DNA from: Octopus vulgaris
Lineage: Eukaryota
Length of the DNA stretch: 64,000 nt
NCBI GenBank assembly: GCA_951406725.2
Contig: OX597820.1
Span: forward strand, 112,282,001 to 112,346,000
Reading direction: 5' to 3'
This document shows positions 54,301-64,000 of the stretch, in pieces. The notes beneath the pieces were generated by a model that was given only the letters and a program-made list of their open reading frames with translations, was not told the DNA's origin and searched no databases. Within the stretch, counting starts at the first letter, position 1. Every line of letters begins with the position of its first letter. Both the position numbers and the translations under genes were made by a program.

Positions 54301-55510
54301 GATGCCATACATTCAGCATCAGTCCCTGTTAATGTCCCGCGGTTCAACCAAGAGATGTTTTGTTCATCAGCCTCAGACAAAGAAAATGTAAGAGATTATC
54401 TTGTTAGTTATTACTGTTGTTAGTGATTGATTGTTAGACTTGTTAAAGCATCAGACAAATTGCCTTGTGGTATTTACCTGTCGTTGATGTAATTAACTAA
54501 ATCCACTTCCCTGAAAATTGTTGGCCTTCCTCAGTCATAGATCATTGTTTGACTCTTTATGTTGAGTTCAAATTCCACCAAGGTAAACTTTTATCCTTTC
54601 AGGGTTGATTAAATAAATTACGTAGTACTGAAGTCAATAGTATTAACTAATTCTCTTCCTCCTGAAATTGCTGGTCTTGTACCAAAATTTGAATCACTAT
54701 CGTTGTTATTGTTGTTGTTAAGGCAGTGAACATTAGCACATGGAGCATTCCATTCATCTGTTCTGAGCTCAAAATTCCACCAAGATCAACTTTGCCTTTC
54801 CTCCTTTCAGGGTCAATGGAAAAAGTCCTTGTTGAGCACTGGGTTGATGGAATTGACTTACTCCCTCCCACAGAATTTCAGGCCTCGTGCCTATAATAGA
54901 AAGGATTATTATTGTTGTTGTTGTTGTTATTTCAAATGTTGGCACTAGGCCAATAATTTGACAGGGTTAGTTGATTACATTGACCCCAGTATTTGACTGG
55001 TACTTTTACTAACCCTGAAAGGATGCAAGGTAATGTTGAGCTTGGAATGTAAGATGTAATGCTTCAAAGCATTTTGTCCAATGCTCTAACGACTCTTCTA
55101 GCTTAAATGGTACCTAGAAAGGACACAAAGCCACAAATTTTGGGTGAGAATGTATTCAATTATATCAACTTGATTGGTACTTATCTTAAGGATAAAAGCT
55201 AGTGTTAACCACTAGAGGGATTTAAGCACAGAACACACGTACATTATTAAATACCACAAAGTATTTGTCCAGTATACTACTGATTGTACTGATGTTGTAC
55301 CATATGGCCTTTACAACAACAACTCTTAATTAAATCTTTTTTTTTTTTTTATTACAGTGTCCTTCACCTCATGACCCACAAGAAATTGCTGCCAGTATGA
55401 AGGCCTTGGCAGAAAGTCTACGGAAAGACGAAGGTTTCATTTTTGGCGATCTGCCTCGCCCACGGCTGAACACAGGTGATATTGCTATTACCAGGCCCAC
55501 ACATTTTTAG
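27642..55510 (+). CDS. AKT1S1: AKT1S1/PRAS40 (proline-rich AKT1 substrate 1) orthologue, 12 coding exons, 1167 nt, 388 aa: join(27642..27723,33877..33950,38312..38452,40209..40311,43112..43214,43963..44040,44219..44286,46906..46961,48230..48311,50853..50927,54236..54387,55358..55510)
   Basis: All 11 introns are GT-AG and the phases chain without a stop (1,0,0,1,2,2,1,0,1,1,0). The C-terminus [32 protein letters not shown] matches the PRAS40 signature IAASMRAL...[13 protein letters not shown] (Akt site T246). [10 protein letters not shown] matches the AKSLPVSVP (S183) region. Confidence 0.93.
28465..29359. mobile_element. Foldback element / long inverted repeat, ~330-bp arms and ~250-bp spacer
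   Basis: TTAATGAAAACGAAGGCAAATTACCTAACTCTAATTGAAGTC... mirrored by ...GACTTCAATTAGAGTTAGGTAATTTGCCTTCGTTTTCATTAA. Confidence 0.85.
29831..30030 (-). mobile_element. ~200-bp Penelope-like non-autonomous element with a hammerhead motif, copy 1
   Basis: Colinear with 44765..44969; flanked by TA repeats; hammerhead core at 29924..29958. Confidence 0.7.
29924..29958 (-). ncRNA. Minimal type I hammerhead ribozyme motif (G8>A mutated)
   Basis: GUUU-CUGACAA-A-GAGC UCC GCUC-GAAAC-GUU-AAAC. Confidence 0.6.
31686..32684. repeat. 173-bp inverted repeat pair (31686..31858 / 32512..32684)
   Basis: Arms appear identical by eye. Confidence 0.92.
32331..32730. mobile_element. piggyBac-like TTAA MITE with a rearranged right end
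   Basis: TTAA+CCCTTTAGCATTCA left TIR, TGAATGCTAAAGGG right TIR; homologous to the intact copy at 51492..51712. Confidence 0.82.
33877..33950 (+). CDS. AKT1S1: AKT1S1 coding exon 2: [25 protein letters not shown]
   Basis: TTGCAG acceptor, CTG|GTAAGT donor, phase 1 to 0 fits neighbours. Confidence 0.8.
36090..36415 (-). mobile_element. Non-autonomous Helitron in a (TA)n tract
   Basis: CTAG..CCCGGCGTTGCTCGGG hairpin end; highly similar to 48832..49233. Confidence 0.82.
38312..38452 (+). CDS. AKT1S1: AKT1S1 coding exon 3: [47 protein letters not shown]
   Basis: Long pyrimidine tract + TTGCAG, GAG|GTCAGT donor, 47 codons; overlaps ORF 38306..38503. Confidence 0.87.
38585..38740. repeat. Polypyrimidine (CCT/CTT) low-complexity tract
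   Basis: Directly visible. Confidence 0.85.
39156..39465. mobile_element. Old TTAA-bounded MITE family (related pieces ~20995-21150, 46502-46718, 51890-52090, 60590-61505)
   Basis: Shared ATTTCTGTTGAAATA, AATTAACATGAAATTTTGATGG and GGTTGGTATCAAAGG blocks; decayed TTAA+CCTTT ends. Confidence 0.6.
40209..40311 (+). CDS. AKT1S1: AKT1S1 coding exon 4: [34 protein letters not shown]
   Basis: TTCCAG acceptor, CTG|GTAGGT donor, phase 0 to 1. Confidence 0.85.
40820..41047 (-). mobile_element. tRNA-derived SINE family B, best-preserved copy (others ~21160-21475(-), 39460-40060(-), 42570-42700, 46215-46440, 54440-55100, 61177-61395)
   Basis: Minus strand AAGGTGGCAAGCTGGCAGA.. head, GAGTTCAAATTC B-box, conserved core GTCGACTTTACCTTTCATCCTT..GGGGTCGATAAATTAAGTACCAG. 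Confidence 0.82.
43112..43214 (+). CDS. AKT1S1: AKT1S1 coding exon 5: [35 protein letters not shown]
   Basis: CTGCAG acceptor, CAG|GTGAGT donor, coiled-coil-like composition. Confidence 0.88.
43705..43940 (+). repeat. Degenerate ~29-bp tandem repeat GAGGTCAAGAGTTGAAAGGTCACCAATAT
   Basis: Four units 43705-43815 and one more at ~43915-43938. Confidence 0.75.
43963..44040 (+). CDS. AKT1S1: AKT1S1 coding exon 6: [26 protein letters not shown]
   Basis: TTACAG acceptor, AC|GTAAGT donor, phase 2 to 2. Confidence 0.88.
44219..44286 (+). CDS. AKT1S1: AKT1S1 coding exon 7: [22 protein letters not shown]
   Basis: TTCAG acceptor, A|GTAAGT donor, phase 2 to 1. Confidence 0.82.
44452..45680. repeat. Compound TA/TG/CA microsatellites in the intron after coding exon 7
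   Basis: Directly visible (44452-44764, 45205-45680). Confidence 0.9.
44765..44969 (-). mobile_element. ~200-bp Penelope-like non-autonomous element with a hammerhead motif, copy 2
   Basis: Colinear with 29831..30030; (TA)n on both sides; motif at 44866..44900 GUUU-CUGACGA-A-GAGC UCC GCUC-AAAAC-AUU-AAAC. Confidence 0.7.
45771..45806 (-). ncRNA. Hammerhead-like motif with a CUGUUGA core variant in a related (TA)n-inserted element (~45682..45860)
   Basis: CUUU-CUGUUGA-A-GAGU AUAG GCUC-GAAAC-GUA-AAAG; stem I covaries relative to copies 1 and 2. Confidence 0.55.
46906..46961 (+). CDS. AKT1S1: AKT1S1 coding exon 8: [19 protein letters not shown]
   Basis: TTTCAG acceptor, AAG|GTATAG donor; supplies the phase 1 to 0 change needed between exons 7 and 9. 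Confidence 0.75.
48230..48311 (+). CDS. AKT1S1: AKT1S1 coding exon 9: [27 protein letters not shown]
   Basis: Poly-T + TTTCAG acceptor, ATG|GTAAGT donor. Confidence 0.82.
48832..49233 (-). mobile_element. Non-autonomous Helitron with an internal ~100-bp duplication
   Basis: A|CTAG..CTCGGCGTTGCTCGGG and TATATAAAGA|T termini; CATTTTTAGAGAGTTA occurs twice. Confidence 0.87.
50853..50927 (+). CDS. AKT1S1: AKT1S1 coding exon 10: [25 protein letters not shown]
   Basis: TTCCAG acceptor, TCG|GTGAGT donor; F...PF..SD acidic pattern resembles the PRAS40 TOS region. Confidence 0.87.
51492..51712. mobile_element. Intact piggyBac-like MITE with TTAA TSD
   Basis: TTAA CCCTTTAGCATT ... AATGCTAAAGGG TTAA. 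Confidence 0.88.
53150..53500 (-). mobile_element. Possible Gypsy-type integrase remnant
   Basis: Minus-strand peptides KTIFAIHG and [14 protein letters not shown] resemble the integrase HHCC and W..R(F/Y)G.P..(I/V)TTD motifs; heavily decayed. Confidence 0.4.
53482..53933 (+). repeat. 226-bp tandem duplication, units apparently identical (53482..53707 / 53708..53933)
   Basis: Identical text; ORFs 53344..53646 and 53675..53872 share their first ~55 aa. Confidence 0.93.
54236..54387 (+). CDS. AKT1S1: AKT1S1 coding exon 11: [51 protein letters not shown]
   Basis: TTCCAG acceptor, AAT|GTAAGA donor; SVPVNVP motif; overlaps ORF 54199..54423. Confidence 0.9.
55358..55510 (+). CDS. AKT1S1: AKT1S1 last coding exon: [50 protein letters not shown]
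   Basis: Poly-T + TTACAG acceptor, TAG stop, PRAS40 C-terminal signature. Confidence 0.95.
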   Translation, partial: CPSPHDPQEIAASMKALAESLRKDEGFIFGDLPRPRLNTGDIAITRPTHF

Positions 55511-55537
55511 TAGCATTTGGATTTAAATTATATAAAA

Positions 55538-55543
55538 AATAAA
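55538..55543 (+). terminator. Candidate polyadenylation signal AATAAA (more at ~55568 and ~55877)
   Basis: Hexamer downstream of the stop, but in A-rich sequence; the site actually used cannot be determined. Confidence 0.25.
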
Positions 55544-56367
55544 GAAAAGACAAAAAAAATCCCAGTTAATAAAAAAAAAAAGCTATAAAAAATTGTTACA
55601 GTTCCCACCACCATCCACCACCCCCACTATCTGCAACAGCAACAAAAGTTACCATAGCAACAACACCAATATAAACTGTTTATGTTAAACAACACTCCTC
55701 CCCACTCCTTGACCCAATCCCCCTTCCCTATTATCCTTCACTTTCTCACTTGAAATAATTGCTGAAGACAATTTTTTTTGTTTTTATTTTTTTTAAATAC
55801 ATTTTTTTTTCTGAAAGTGTTTACCTCTATACCAACGATTTTATGATGAAGATGATGATGATGGAAGACAGACAAAAATAAAAAAAAAAAATACTGACAA
55901 AGTTATAAAAATTGTTGAGTTTTTGTTTTATTTTGTGTGTGTGTGTGTTTATTGTATGTATATGAATATGTGTGGTTATGTAATTATGTATATGTATATA
56001 TTTTCTGATTTTGGGTTATGGCATGATTTAAAGAACTGCATAGGTGTAAGTGTCATCATGTATACATGTGTGGGTTTTCAGTTAGTGATTTCTGGGTTTT
56101 TGTATAGATTAACCTGTACCTTAAGGGCACACCCCGACACCTCACCTCCACCTTTCTCTCTTTCCTGCTGGGGTACCTGTGTATCTCCTCTGCTGCAAGA
56201 CATCTTTTCCTGTCCCACTTCCATACTTTAGCCTCTCAACACATAGCACAAAGCTACGGCCCTCAATACTACATCCCCACTTATTAGAGGGGTTTTGTTT
56301 TGCAAGTTTCTTGGTGACCTTGCTAGTGTCATGTCCTTGAAAAAAAGCACTCTGTAAAGTAGTTGGT

Positions 56368-56624
56368 GTGGAGGTACGTGGCTTAGTGGTTAGGGTGTTA
56401 TGATCGTAAGATTGTGGTTTTGATTCCTGGACTGGGTGACATGTTGTGTTCTTGAGTAAAACACTTCATTTCACATTGCTCCAGTTCACTCAGCTGGCAA
56501 AAATGAGTAACGCTGCGATGGGCTGGTGTCCCGTCCAGCTGGGGTACACATACGCCATTGAAACCTGGAAACCGGGCCCATGAGCCAGGCTAGGCTTTAA
56601 AAGGGTGCATTTATTTTTTTTGTT
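56368..56624 (+). mobile_element. tRNA-derived SINE family C with an 11-bp TSD, nested in an RTE-tail element (partial copies ~1030-1250(-), 33130-33260, 61780-61890(-))
   Basis: A-box TGGCTTAGTGG, B-box-like TTTTGATTCC; TSD AAGTAGTTGGT at 56357-56367 and 56625-56635. Confidence 0.8.
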
Positions 56625-57124
56625 AAGTAGTTGGTATTAGTAAGGGACTGTAGAAACCTTGCCAAAGCAGACATTGGAAGTTGCTGCAGTCTTCTGGTTA
56701 ATTAGATTTTGTGGAACCAGCCAACTCATTCCAGCATGGAATATGGATGTTAAATGATGATGATGAAGGGGTGTGTGTGCTTTAGAGATGTTGATACAAA
56801 TAAATTTGACAATAACAGTAAGAAAGCAAAGCAAGAAAGTGAACAGTTGCTGTGACCAAAGTAAATACAAAGAAGTGAGAGAATAAAATAAAAGTAATTT
56901 TTCAGCATGTTCTTAATACATACCAGTTAATTTTAATGACCACTTTTCCATGCTCGCAGGGGTCAGACAAAATTTGTTGCTACAACTACCTTCATCTGAT
57001 TGCAAAGCAAAGTAATATTCCCCTTGGCTGGATGTGTTTTTAAGGAAGATTGCAAAAGAAAGACACTGTTTGTATGATGGTAATGTAGTTTGGCTGTAGT
57101 ACAATTGATGGTCTTATCATAATA

Positions 57125-59235
57125 TAATTGCAAAAGGAATTTTTAGCTGAGAATAAACCTCTCCACCTAGCATTTGTTGATCTGGAGATGACCTTTGATA
57201 GGGTACCATGATCTGTAGTAAAAAAACTAGAGGACAAGCTTATGGGAGCAGTATAAGCTAAGTGCAGAGATGTTGTCAGTGAGATGAAAGTTAGCAATGT
57301 ATTCATCAAGGCTTCATTATCAGCATCACACTCCTATTTATTGTAGTCTTCGAAGCCCTAATAGAAGTGTTTCAAGACTGGTTTCCTATGCGAAATCTTA
57401 TTTGCTGATAACTTAGCACTTTTAGGGCCTGTAAAAAACTCAGAAGAAATCCAATGTGGAGACAAAACCTAAAATCGTGATGTCTCAGCATAAACTTAGC
57501 AAAGATTAGAGTTTTAGTAAGTAGGGAAGATGATTCTCCATCAGGGAAATGATCATGCTCAGTATGAAAAAAAGGAGTAGCTAAGAACTCCAGACATTGT
57601 ACAAGATGTGAACAATGGAGAAAGGTGGGACAGCAAGCTGTTTAATGTACAAAAGGAGTACTAAATTGTTGGAAGAATTTGCCATGTCTGTTTCTTTCCT
57701 GTCTTTGATGATAGAGAAAATATCTTTTAAAAGTAAATACAATTTATAGAATGAAATTATAGCTTTTTCCTATATGTCTGTCAAAATATTTAACCCACAG
57801 TTGTTAGTCTGACAAAATATATTCTAATTAAATACTTTTATTAACTTTCAGACTATCTTTAAGTGTTTTGTTTTAAGTGATCAGACAGCTTCCTTTTGAA
57901 CTTGTCACCCCTGGGAATGTCTGTCTGTCTGTCTGTTAGATAAAGCAACTAAGGATAAGAAGACAGGAAGGTCCCTGGTCCAACAGGAATTAATGCTAAA
58001 ATGCTTACATTATCTGGTAGAGTGAGATATGGACTAGTCACCCATATAGTTAATCAGATAGTACAGGAAGGTGTCATATTCAGTAACTGATGTAGCATAA
58101 AGGAAATACTTTAAAGAAAATTATTAGAAGTATCAGATTTCTGGACCAGGTCATGAAAGTTACAGAAAGGGTTATGGTTCAATTAATTAGGAAGCTTGCC
58201 TAGATAAGATGTAGTTTGATTTTTATCAGAGAGAAGCACCGAATTTACTGTGCATGTAAGAGCTCACCAGAACTTGTTTCTCAGTTCCCTTCTATTTGTA
58301 ACAGTCATCCAGACCATAACAGAGTTTAAGAAAGCTTTCCTGTAGGAACTCTCTACCGATGACTTTGTTCTTATAGTTGGAAATGTAGTAGCATTAGAAA
58401 AGAAATTCCATGAGTAGAAGCAAAAACTGGAATCAGAGGACCTTAAAGCTAACCTAGCAAAAATCAAAGTTCTAATAAGAAGAAAACAAGCTACTTATCC
58501 CTTCAGGAAAATGACCCTGTTCAATATGTAGAAAAGGTGTGGGCAGAAATTTCATACAGTGAAGCCTGTGTAAACTATGATCACACAAAATATACAATGG
58601 AATCACAAGAAGGTTAACAGAGAAAGTAGACCACATGTAATTCATACACAGGAGCATTATCCTATAACAATACCAAGGAAATAAATTTTCTTTAATGCCC
58701 AGAAAGATCCTTAGAGGTAGTAGATAGTGTCTGTTATTTAGGTGACCTAATTAGCTGGGGAGGAGGATGTTCTGAAAGCATAGTTGCTAGAAGAACCGAC
58801 TGGAGAAAGTTCAGAAAGCTATTTTCTCTGTTGGTACCAAAAGGTCCCTCTCAGAGTGAAAGTGTATGATGCTTGTGTACAAACAGCAATGCTACATTGA
58901 AGTGAAGCATGAGTTGTGAAAGCAAGAAAGAAATGATGCTAGCATACTCCACTAGATATGCAATGTTAGTGTGCATATGTGACAAAGTGCAGATGTGTCA
59001 AGAGGAAAATTGGGTATATGAGGCGTGAGAGGAGACTGCACTTGTTAGTGTGGTCATGTGATGCATATGGATGAATACAGCTGCATAAGGAAGTGCTGAC
59101 TGGAATCTGGAAAGAGGAAGACCCAGGTAGACATGGGCTGGAGTAATGGAAAAAATTACCTTGGGACATTGAGCTTCATGGAGGAGGCAACGAAGGACTG
59201 AGACAACTGGTGCTGTGCTTCTGAAGACATCCATT
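57125..59235 (+). mobile_element. Two heavily decayed RTE LINE fragments (57125-57610 and ~57940-59235)
   Basis: RT remnants (LHLAFVDLE..FDRVP, LFADNLAL); homology to 18017..18960 (AACCTAGCAAAAATCAAA, CCTTCAGG..ATG.CCCTG, GTAGTAGATAG..TAGGTGA). Confidence 0.8.
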
Positions 59236-60029
59236 TATGGTCTGTACCCTTGCACCAATCTATCTCTGATGAATCTCTTTGTAATAACTCATTTTTTTTA
59301 CACCCTCCTCTCCATCATTCTTCTGACTATGGTTACTATTGCCTCAGCTGCTGTAATTGTTTGATAGCAGAACGAAATGTATTTCATCTCAGCTTCCTTT
59401 TTGTGTTAACATTTACCCTCACTGGAACTATTTCCTTTGTATCCTGCATTCTCAGTATCATCCCTTCATCACCTTATTTTCCACTTAACACCCCTTTCAC
59501 TTCACCCTTTTCCTTGTATGTCCTCATCTCATTCCCGGTACTGTGCATCTCTCTAGCACACCCTCCCCTCAACACACCACATCATCCGTGTTACCACCTG
59601 TTCCTCTCTGAGCCACTCCTACAACTGATATTCACCAGTGATCATACTTTACCTGTAACTATTCACTGCATTCACCTCTACCCCCATCTCTATTCATTGG
59701 CTACTCTCTTTTTACCCTTCCACGAACATACCTGACCATTCACCCTATCCAATCTTTTGGGTCATTTACCATATTCCTTTTCTTGTTTTCTTTTACTTGT
59801 TTCAGCCATTTGATTGTGGCCATGCTGGAGCACTGCCTTAAAGGGTTTTAGTTGAAGAAATCGACCCCAGGACTTATTATTTGTAAGCCTAGTACTTATT
59901 CTATTGGTCACTTTTCCAAACCGCTAAGTTACGGGGATATAAACACACCAGCATCGGTTGTCAAGCAATGGTGGGTGGGAGACAAACACAGACACACTCA
60001 CACACACACATACACACACATAAATATAT

Positions 60030-60067
<38 letters not shown>

Positions 60068-60239
60068 GACAGTCTTCTTTCAGTTTCTGTCTACCAAATC
60101 CATTCACAAGGCTTTGGTCAGCCCGAGGCTAAAGTATAGTTATCTTCCTGTAATTTGAGATATGCTCTGATGCCATCTTCTCTCCTCTTCCAACTGGGAT
60201 AGCCATTTATTTCTCTACAGCAGAACTCTTGTTTCTTTC

Positions 60240-60440
60240 CCTCTCAATACCACACATTACATTCAGTGCTGCATTTTGCATGCCCGGTTAATTCATTCCA
60301 GCTTGACCAAGATTTGTGCACCTCAGCAAATGTACTATTTGCTGTTCAAATATACAAGGTCAGCTACTCATACAGGACTGAACAATCGGTTCAGTATTCA
60401 TCGCTGATGAAGCTTAATGATGCAGAAACGTAAGCCCTAC
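60240..60440 (+). mobile_element. Possible Penelope-like remnant (GIY-YIG-like tail + hammerhead-like core)
   Basis: Peptide GLNNRFSIHR resembles the PLE endonuclease L..RF..H; followed by CTGATGA-AGC..GCA-GAAAC-GTA; stem I pairing is poor. Confidence 0.35.
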
Positions 60441-60679
60441 AACCTGATCACGTCATTCGTAGTCCAATGATGCATTTTCACAAATGTTGTCTATGAGAGG
60501 AATTTTCTTTCAAGACTATTTTCTACAGGGAACAGTCTATCCATGTCCAAGTGTACATGAATGTGTTAAATGTGATTGTACACATATATCTCCCACTTTA
60601 GTTGCCATGTTTCTGTTGAAATATGCTGCCTTTGTTTCATTTAATTTTGAAACAGTAAATAATTTAGTTCTGGAGCAGA

Positions 60680-61130
60680 AACGTGGCCCCTCTTGAAGAC
60701 CCTGACATAGAAGATCAATAGCTTTGATATCAGAGTCCTGAGAACCATCAATAATATCAGCTGGTACCATCACGTTTCCAACAAAGAACTGTATGCATGC
60801 ACCCAGTGTGTAGCCTCCCACCTGATAGCTATCCATCACATACACTTGTACTGGACATGTCCTCCAGCTCCTGCTTGATCATCCTACCAGGGCTTCACTC
60901 TCATTCGATATAGCAGCTGCTGAATGGAGGAAGCCTCATGGCTGGATGTGATTAAGGAAGATCTCCAGAGGTTCAACACCACCTTGGAAGATGCAGAGAA
61001 GCTGGCATGGTACCACCAGCAATGGAGAGCACTGGCTGACCTGACCAGCTCTACACATGATGTCATCTCTGGGACCACTAACCTAGGATGACCCCAACCC
61101 CATCAAGCAAGAGTGTGAAGCAAGCAAGCA
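60680..61130 (+). mobile_element. 3' fragment of a second RTE-like LINE nested in an old MITE
   Basis: WYHHVSN-like and GGAAGCCTCATGGCTGGATGTGATTAAGGAAGATCTC (WLDVIKEDL) remnants, (CAAG)n tail; MITE sequence resumes after it. Confidence 0.55.
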
Positions 61131-61988
61131 TAAATAATTTAGTAACATAATACTTGTCATTAATGATCTGGTGTTAAGGTGGTGAGCTGCTGGAATCTTA
61201 CTGCACCAGGCAACATGCTGGGCAGTATTTTGTCCATCTTTATGTTCTGGGTTCAAATGCTGCTGGGATTGACTTTACCCTTCATCCTTTTGGGGTTGAT
61301 AAAATAAGTAGCAGTTGAGCACTGGAGTTGATGCAATCATCCAGCCCACTTCCCTTGAACTTGCTAGTCTTGTGGCAAAATTTAAAACCATTATTAGTCT
61401 GGCGTTTGGAACATTAATTAACATGAAATTTTAATGGAAGGTTTTAATTTGGATGACTTTAATAGGGTAAGTTTGTATCAGATGGGTTGGTATCAAAGGA
61501 TTAAATATGTCACTATTTAATATTTATCTCATATTATCTCTGGCTACATAACTTTGGTACCTTTTAAGCCAACAAGAGAGCCTCTACTTAGACATCAGAC
61601 TTTCTGGAAATAGCTGTGAAATCTCCTTCATCTCATACCCTAGTGTTGTAAAAAACAAAGGACAGAATGGAAGATGATCCAGTTCTAGGTATTCTAAAGG
61701 TCTTCTTTAGGTGTACAGGCTCTTGAAGTAGGAGCTTAATTGGATTTTCAGTGTTTATGCAATTGAGAGTACAAGGTACCCCACCTCCTGATCGCATGCC
61801 AGTCCAGCACAGGACTGACTTCTACCCTATAACAGCTACTGGTACTTATTTTCAACTGAGTGAACTAGGACATCATGAAATGAAGTTATCATTTCAAATA
61901 AAACACTTCCACTCACTCACAAATAATGTTTTTTCTTACAAACCTCATTCTATTAACATAATACTTGTCACCATCTTGAGGCATAATG

Positions 61989-62041
<53 letters not shown>

Positions 62042-62758
62042 TTATATGTGTATTCTTTCTTTTTATTTGTTTCGGTCATTGGACTGTGGTCATGCTGGGG
62101 TACAGCAAATTGGCCCCAGTACTTACTTTTCTTTTTTTAAGTCTGATACTTTTATACTATCTTTTTTGCGGAGTGTCAAGTTACAGGGATATAAACAAAC
62201 CAACACCAGTTGTCAAGCGGTGTGACAGGAAAACACAAACAAGACGACACCCACAAATATATACATACATACATATATATGTTTATATATGTATGTATAC
62301 GTATGTATATACATATGTATATATACATATGTATATATATGTGTATATATATATATGTTTGTGTACAACAACTCTACTACTACTGACCTCCTACAATGAC
62401 TGACTGACTTTATAGTGGCTGTTCATACCACTTTGTCATGTAGGATGAGGAGTACCATTTTCACTACAACAGTATGTAGGTAGAATTAAATTAGGCAGCT
62501 GTTTAACGATATATCACCAAAAAGGAAGACTATAATTGTGATTAACTATGAAAGATGGTATTAGGACACCTGCAATGCTAGAAATAAGAGTTAAAATGCT
62601 CTGATGCTGCAGTGAATGCACACAGTTGTATACATACACACTGACAACAACAAGAAAGGTTCCGTTAGGGCCTTTGAAACATTAAGTAGCACCGAATCTG
62701 AATCAAACTGTTTTGAATAATATATATATATATATATATACATACATATATATATATA

Positions 62759-63928
62759 CTAGCTGTATAGCCTGGCTTTGCTCGGGATTAAGTTAAGATT
62801 ATTAAGCTAATCAAGCTCTTTATTTCAAACCAAACTAAGTAACATCGACATCAAATTTGAGTGAAATTCGTTGAAATTGGTAAACTTTTGGCTGAAAATG
62901 AGTTGCTGATAATTTGATTGGGAGATCCAATAAGGAATCAGTTTATCGATTTTTTTTTTCCCGTTTTTGGAGAACTTAAAGCATTCAAAGATCCTACAAG
63001 TCCTAAGTAATGCTGGCTTCAAGTTTGAACAAAATACATCAAAATTGGTAAAAGTTATGGTTGAAAATGGGGTGTAGTCAATTTTAGTGGGAAGTCCTCT
63101 AAGGAATCGGTTTATCGATTTTTTTTTATCCTGATTAAATAGAAAACCCCATAAGGAATCAGTTTATTGATTTTTCACTCCAAATAGGACTTAACCGAAC
63201 ATTGCTGATTCAAAAACATCAATATTTATACTTTAAAGTTGGTTTTTGTACCCAACCCAGTTCTGCAGAATCAATGTCGTGACAGGAGCACATAGGCTGG
63301 GAGTTTGATTGGCAGAGGTGATCAGGTTGCATATGCCAACCCTTTTGAAAACACCACTCCCATCATGTAACCCCATTTTGCCCATGGGTTGGGAACCCTT
63401 TCAGCTAGGAAAATAGAACGCCCAAAAGGGCCCCCGATCGTCTGTGTGAGAAGCGGTTATGTTTAGATCACAACCAAGTATATATATATGGGTAACACAC
63501 ACACATACATGTGTTTTGTACGCATACATGTTCGTGTGTGTGACTGAAGCCATTCACACATACATACGTACATAACAACCCCTATCTGTCTGTTTTTGCC
63601 TCTCAATCACTCACTAAAAAGACGAAATTTTAAAAATTCTGTTCTCTCTCTCTCTCTCTCCCCCTCTCTCTGTCTCTGTCTGTCTGTCTCTCTCTCTCCC
63701 TCTGTTTCCACCGTCACTAGAAGGGGACTTAACTCATATTTGCAAATGGCATATTTCTCCGATTTAAAAAATGTTTAAACATTACGGTTCAAAATTATTT
63801 TTACTGTTATTTGCTGGTGCCTTGGGGGAAAATAATTTGATGAAAATACAGCTAGGGACATGACGAATATCCTCCTAAAATTTGAGTGACATGTGTGCTA
63901 ATTTGTGGATGTGCATAAACTATGTTCA

Positions 63929-63969
<41 letters not shown>

Positions 63970-63990
63970 CCTGCCTTTTATATATACAGA
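62759..63990 (-). mobile_element. Non-autonomous Helitron, ~1.2 kb
   Basis: A|CTAGCTGTATAGCCTGGCTTTGCTCGGG 3' hairpin end and (CA)n..TTTTATATATACAGA|T 5' end; internal TAAGGAATCRGTTTAT subrepeats. Confidence 0.8.
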
Positions 63991-64000
63991 TATCTCACAA

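Overview
AT-rich, repeat-dense animal genomic DNA. The SINE/RTE/Helitron repertoire and very long (TA)n arrays suggest an octopus-like cephalopod, which is an inference. The one host gene I can support is a 12-coding-exon AKT1S1/PRAS40 orthologue on + (27642..55510, 388 aa). It is missing from the ORF track as a unit; I rebuilt it by hand with GT-AG introns and consistent phases. Upstream lie a decayed mariner, a decayed DD35D pogo interrupted by an ~800-bp palindromic MITE, a decayed formerly autonomous ~7.6-kb Helitron, and an RTE LINE fragment. Introns and the downstream region hold non-autonomous Helitrons, several SINE families, TTAA MITEs, further RTE remnants and microsatellites. The most notable observations are four. 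(1) Small (TA)n-inserted elements carry minimal type I hammerhead ribozyme motifs. (2) A flank/Helitron/RTE mosaic joined by microhomologies fuses a Helitron repeat in frame to an RTE Cys/His finger. (3) A clean 173-bp template-switch inversion sits in a MITE end. (4) A 2.4-kb satellite appears seeded by a SINE head and is bracketed by an inverted copy of it. All coordinates and alignments were read by eye; most ORF-track entries are spurious.
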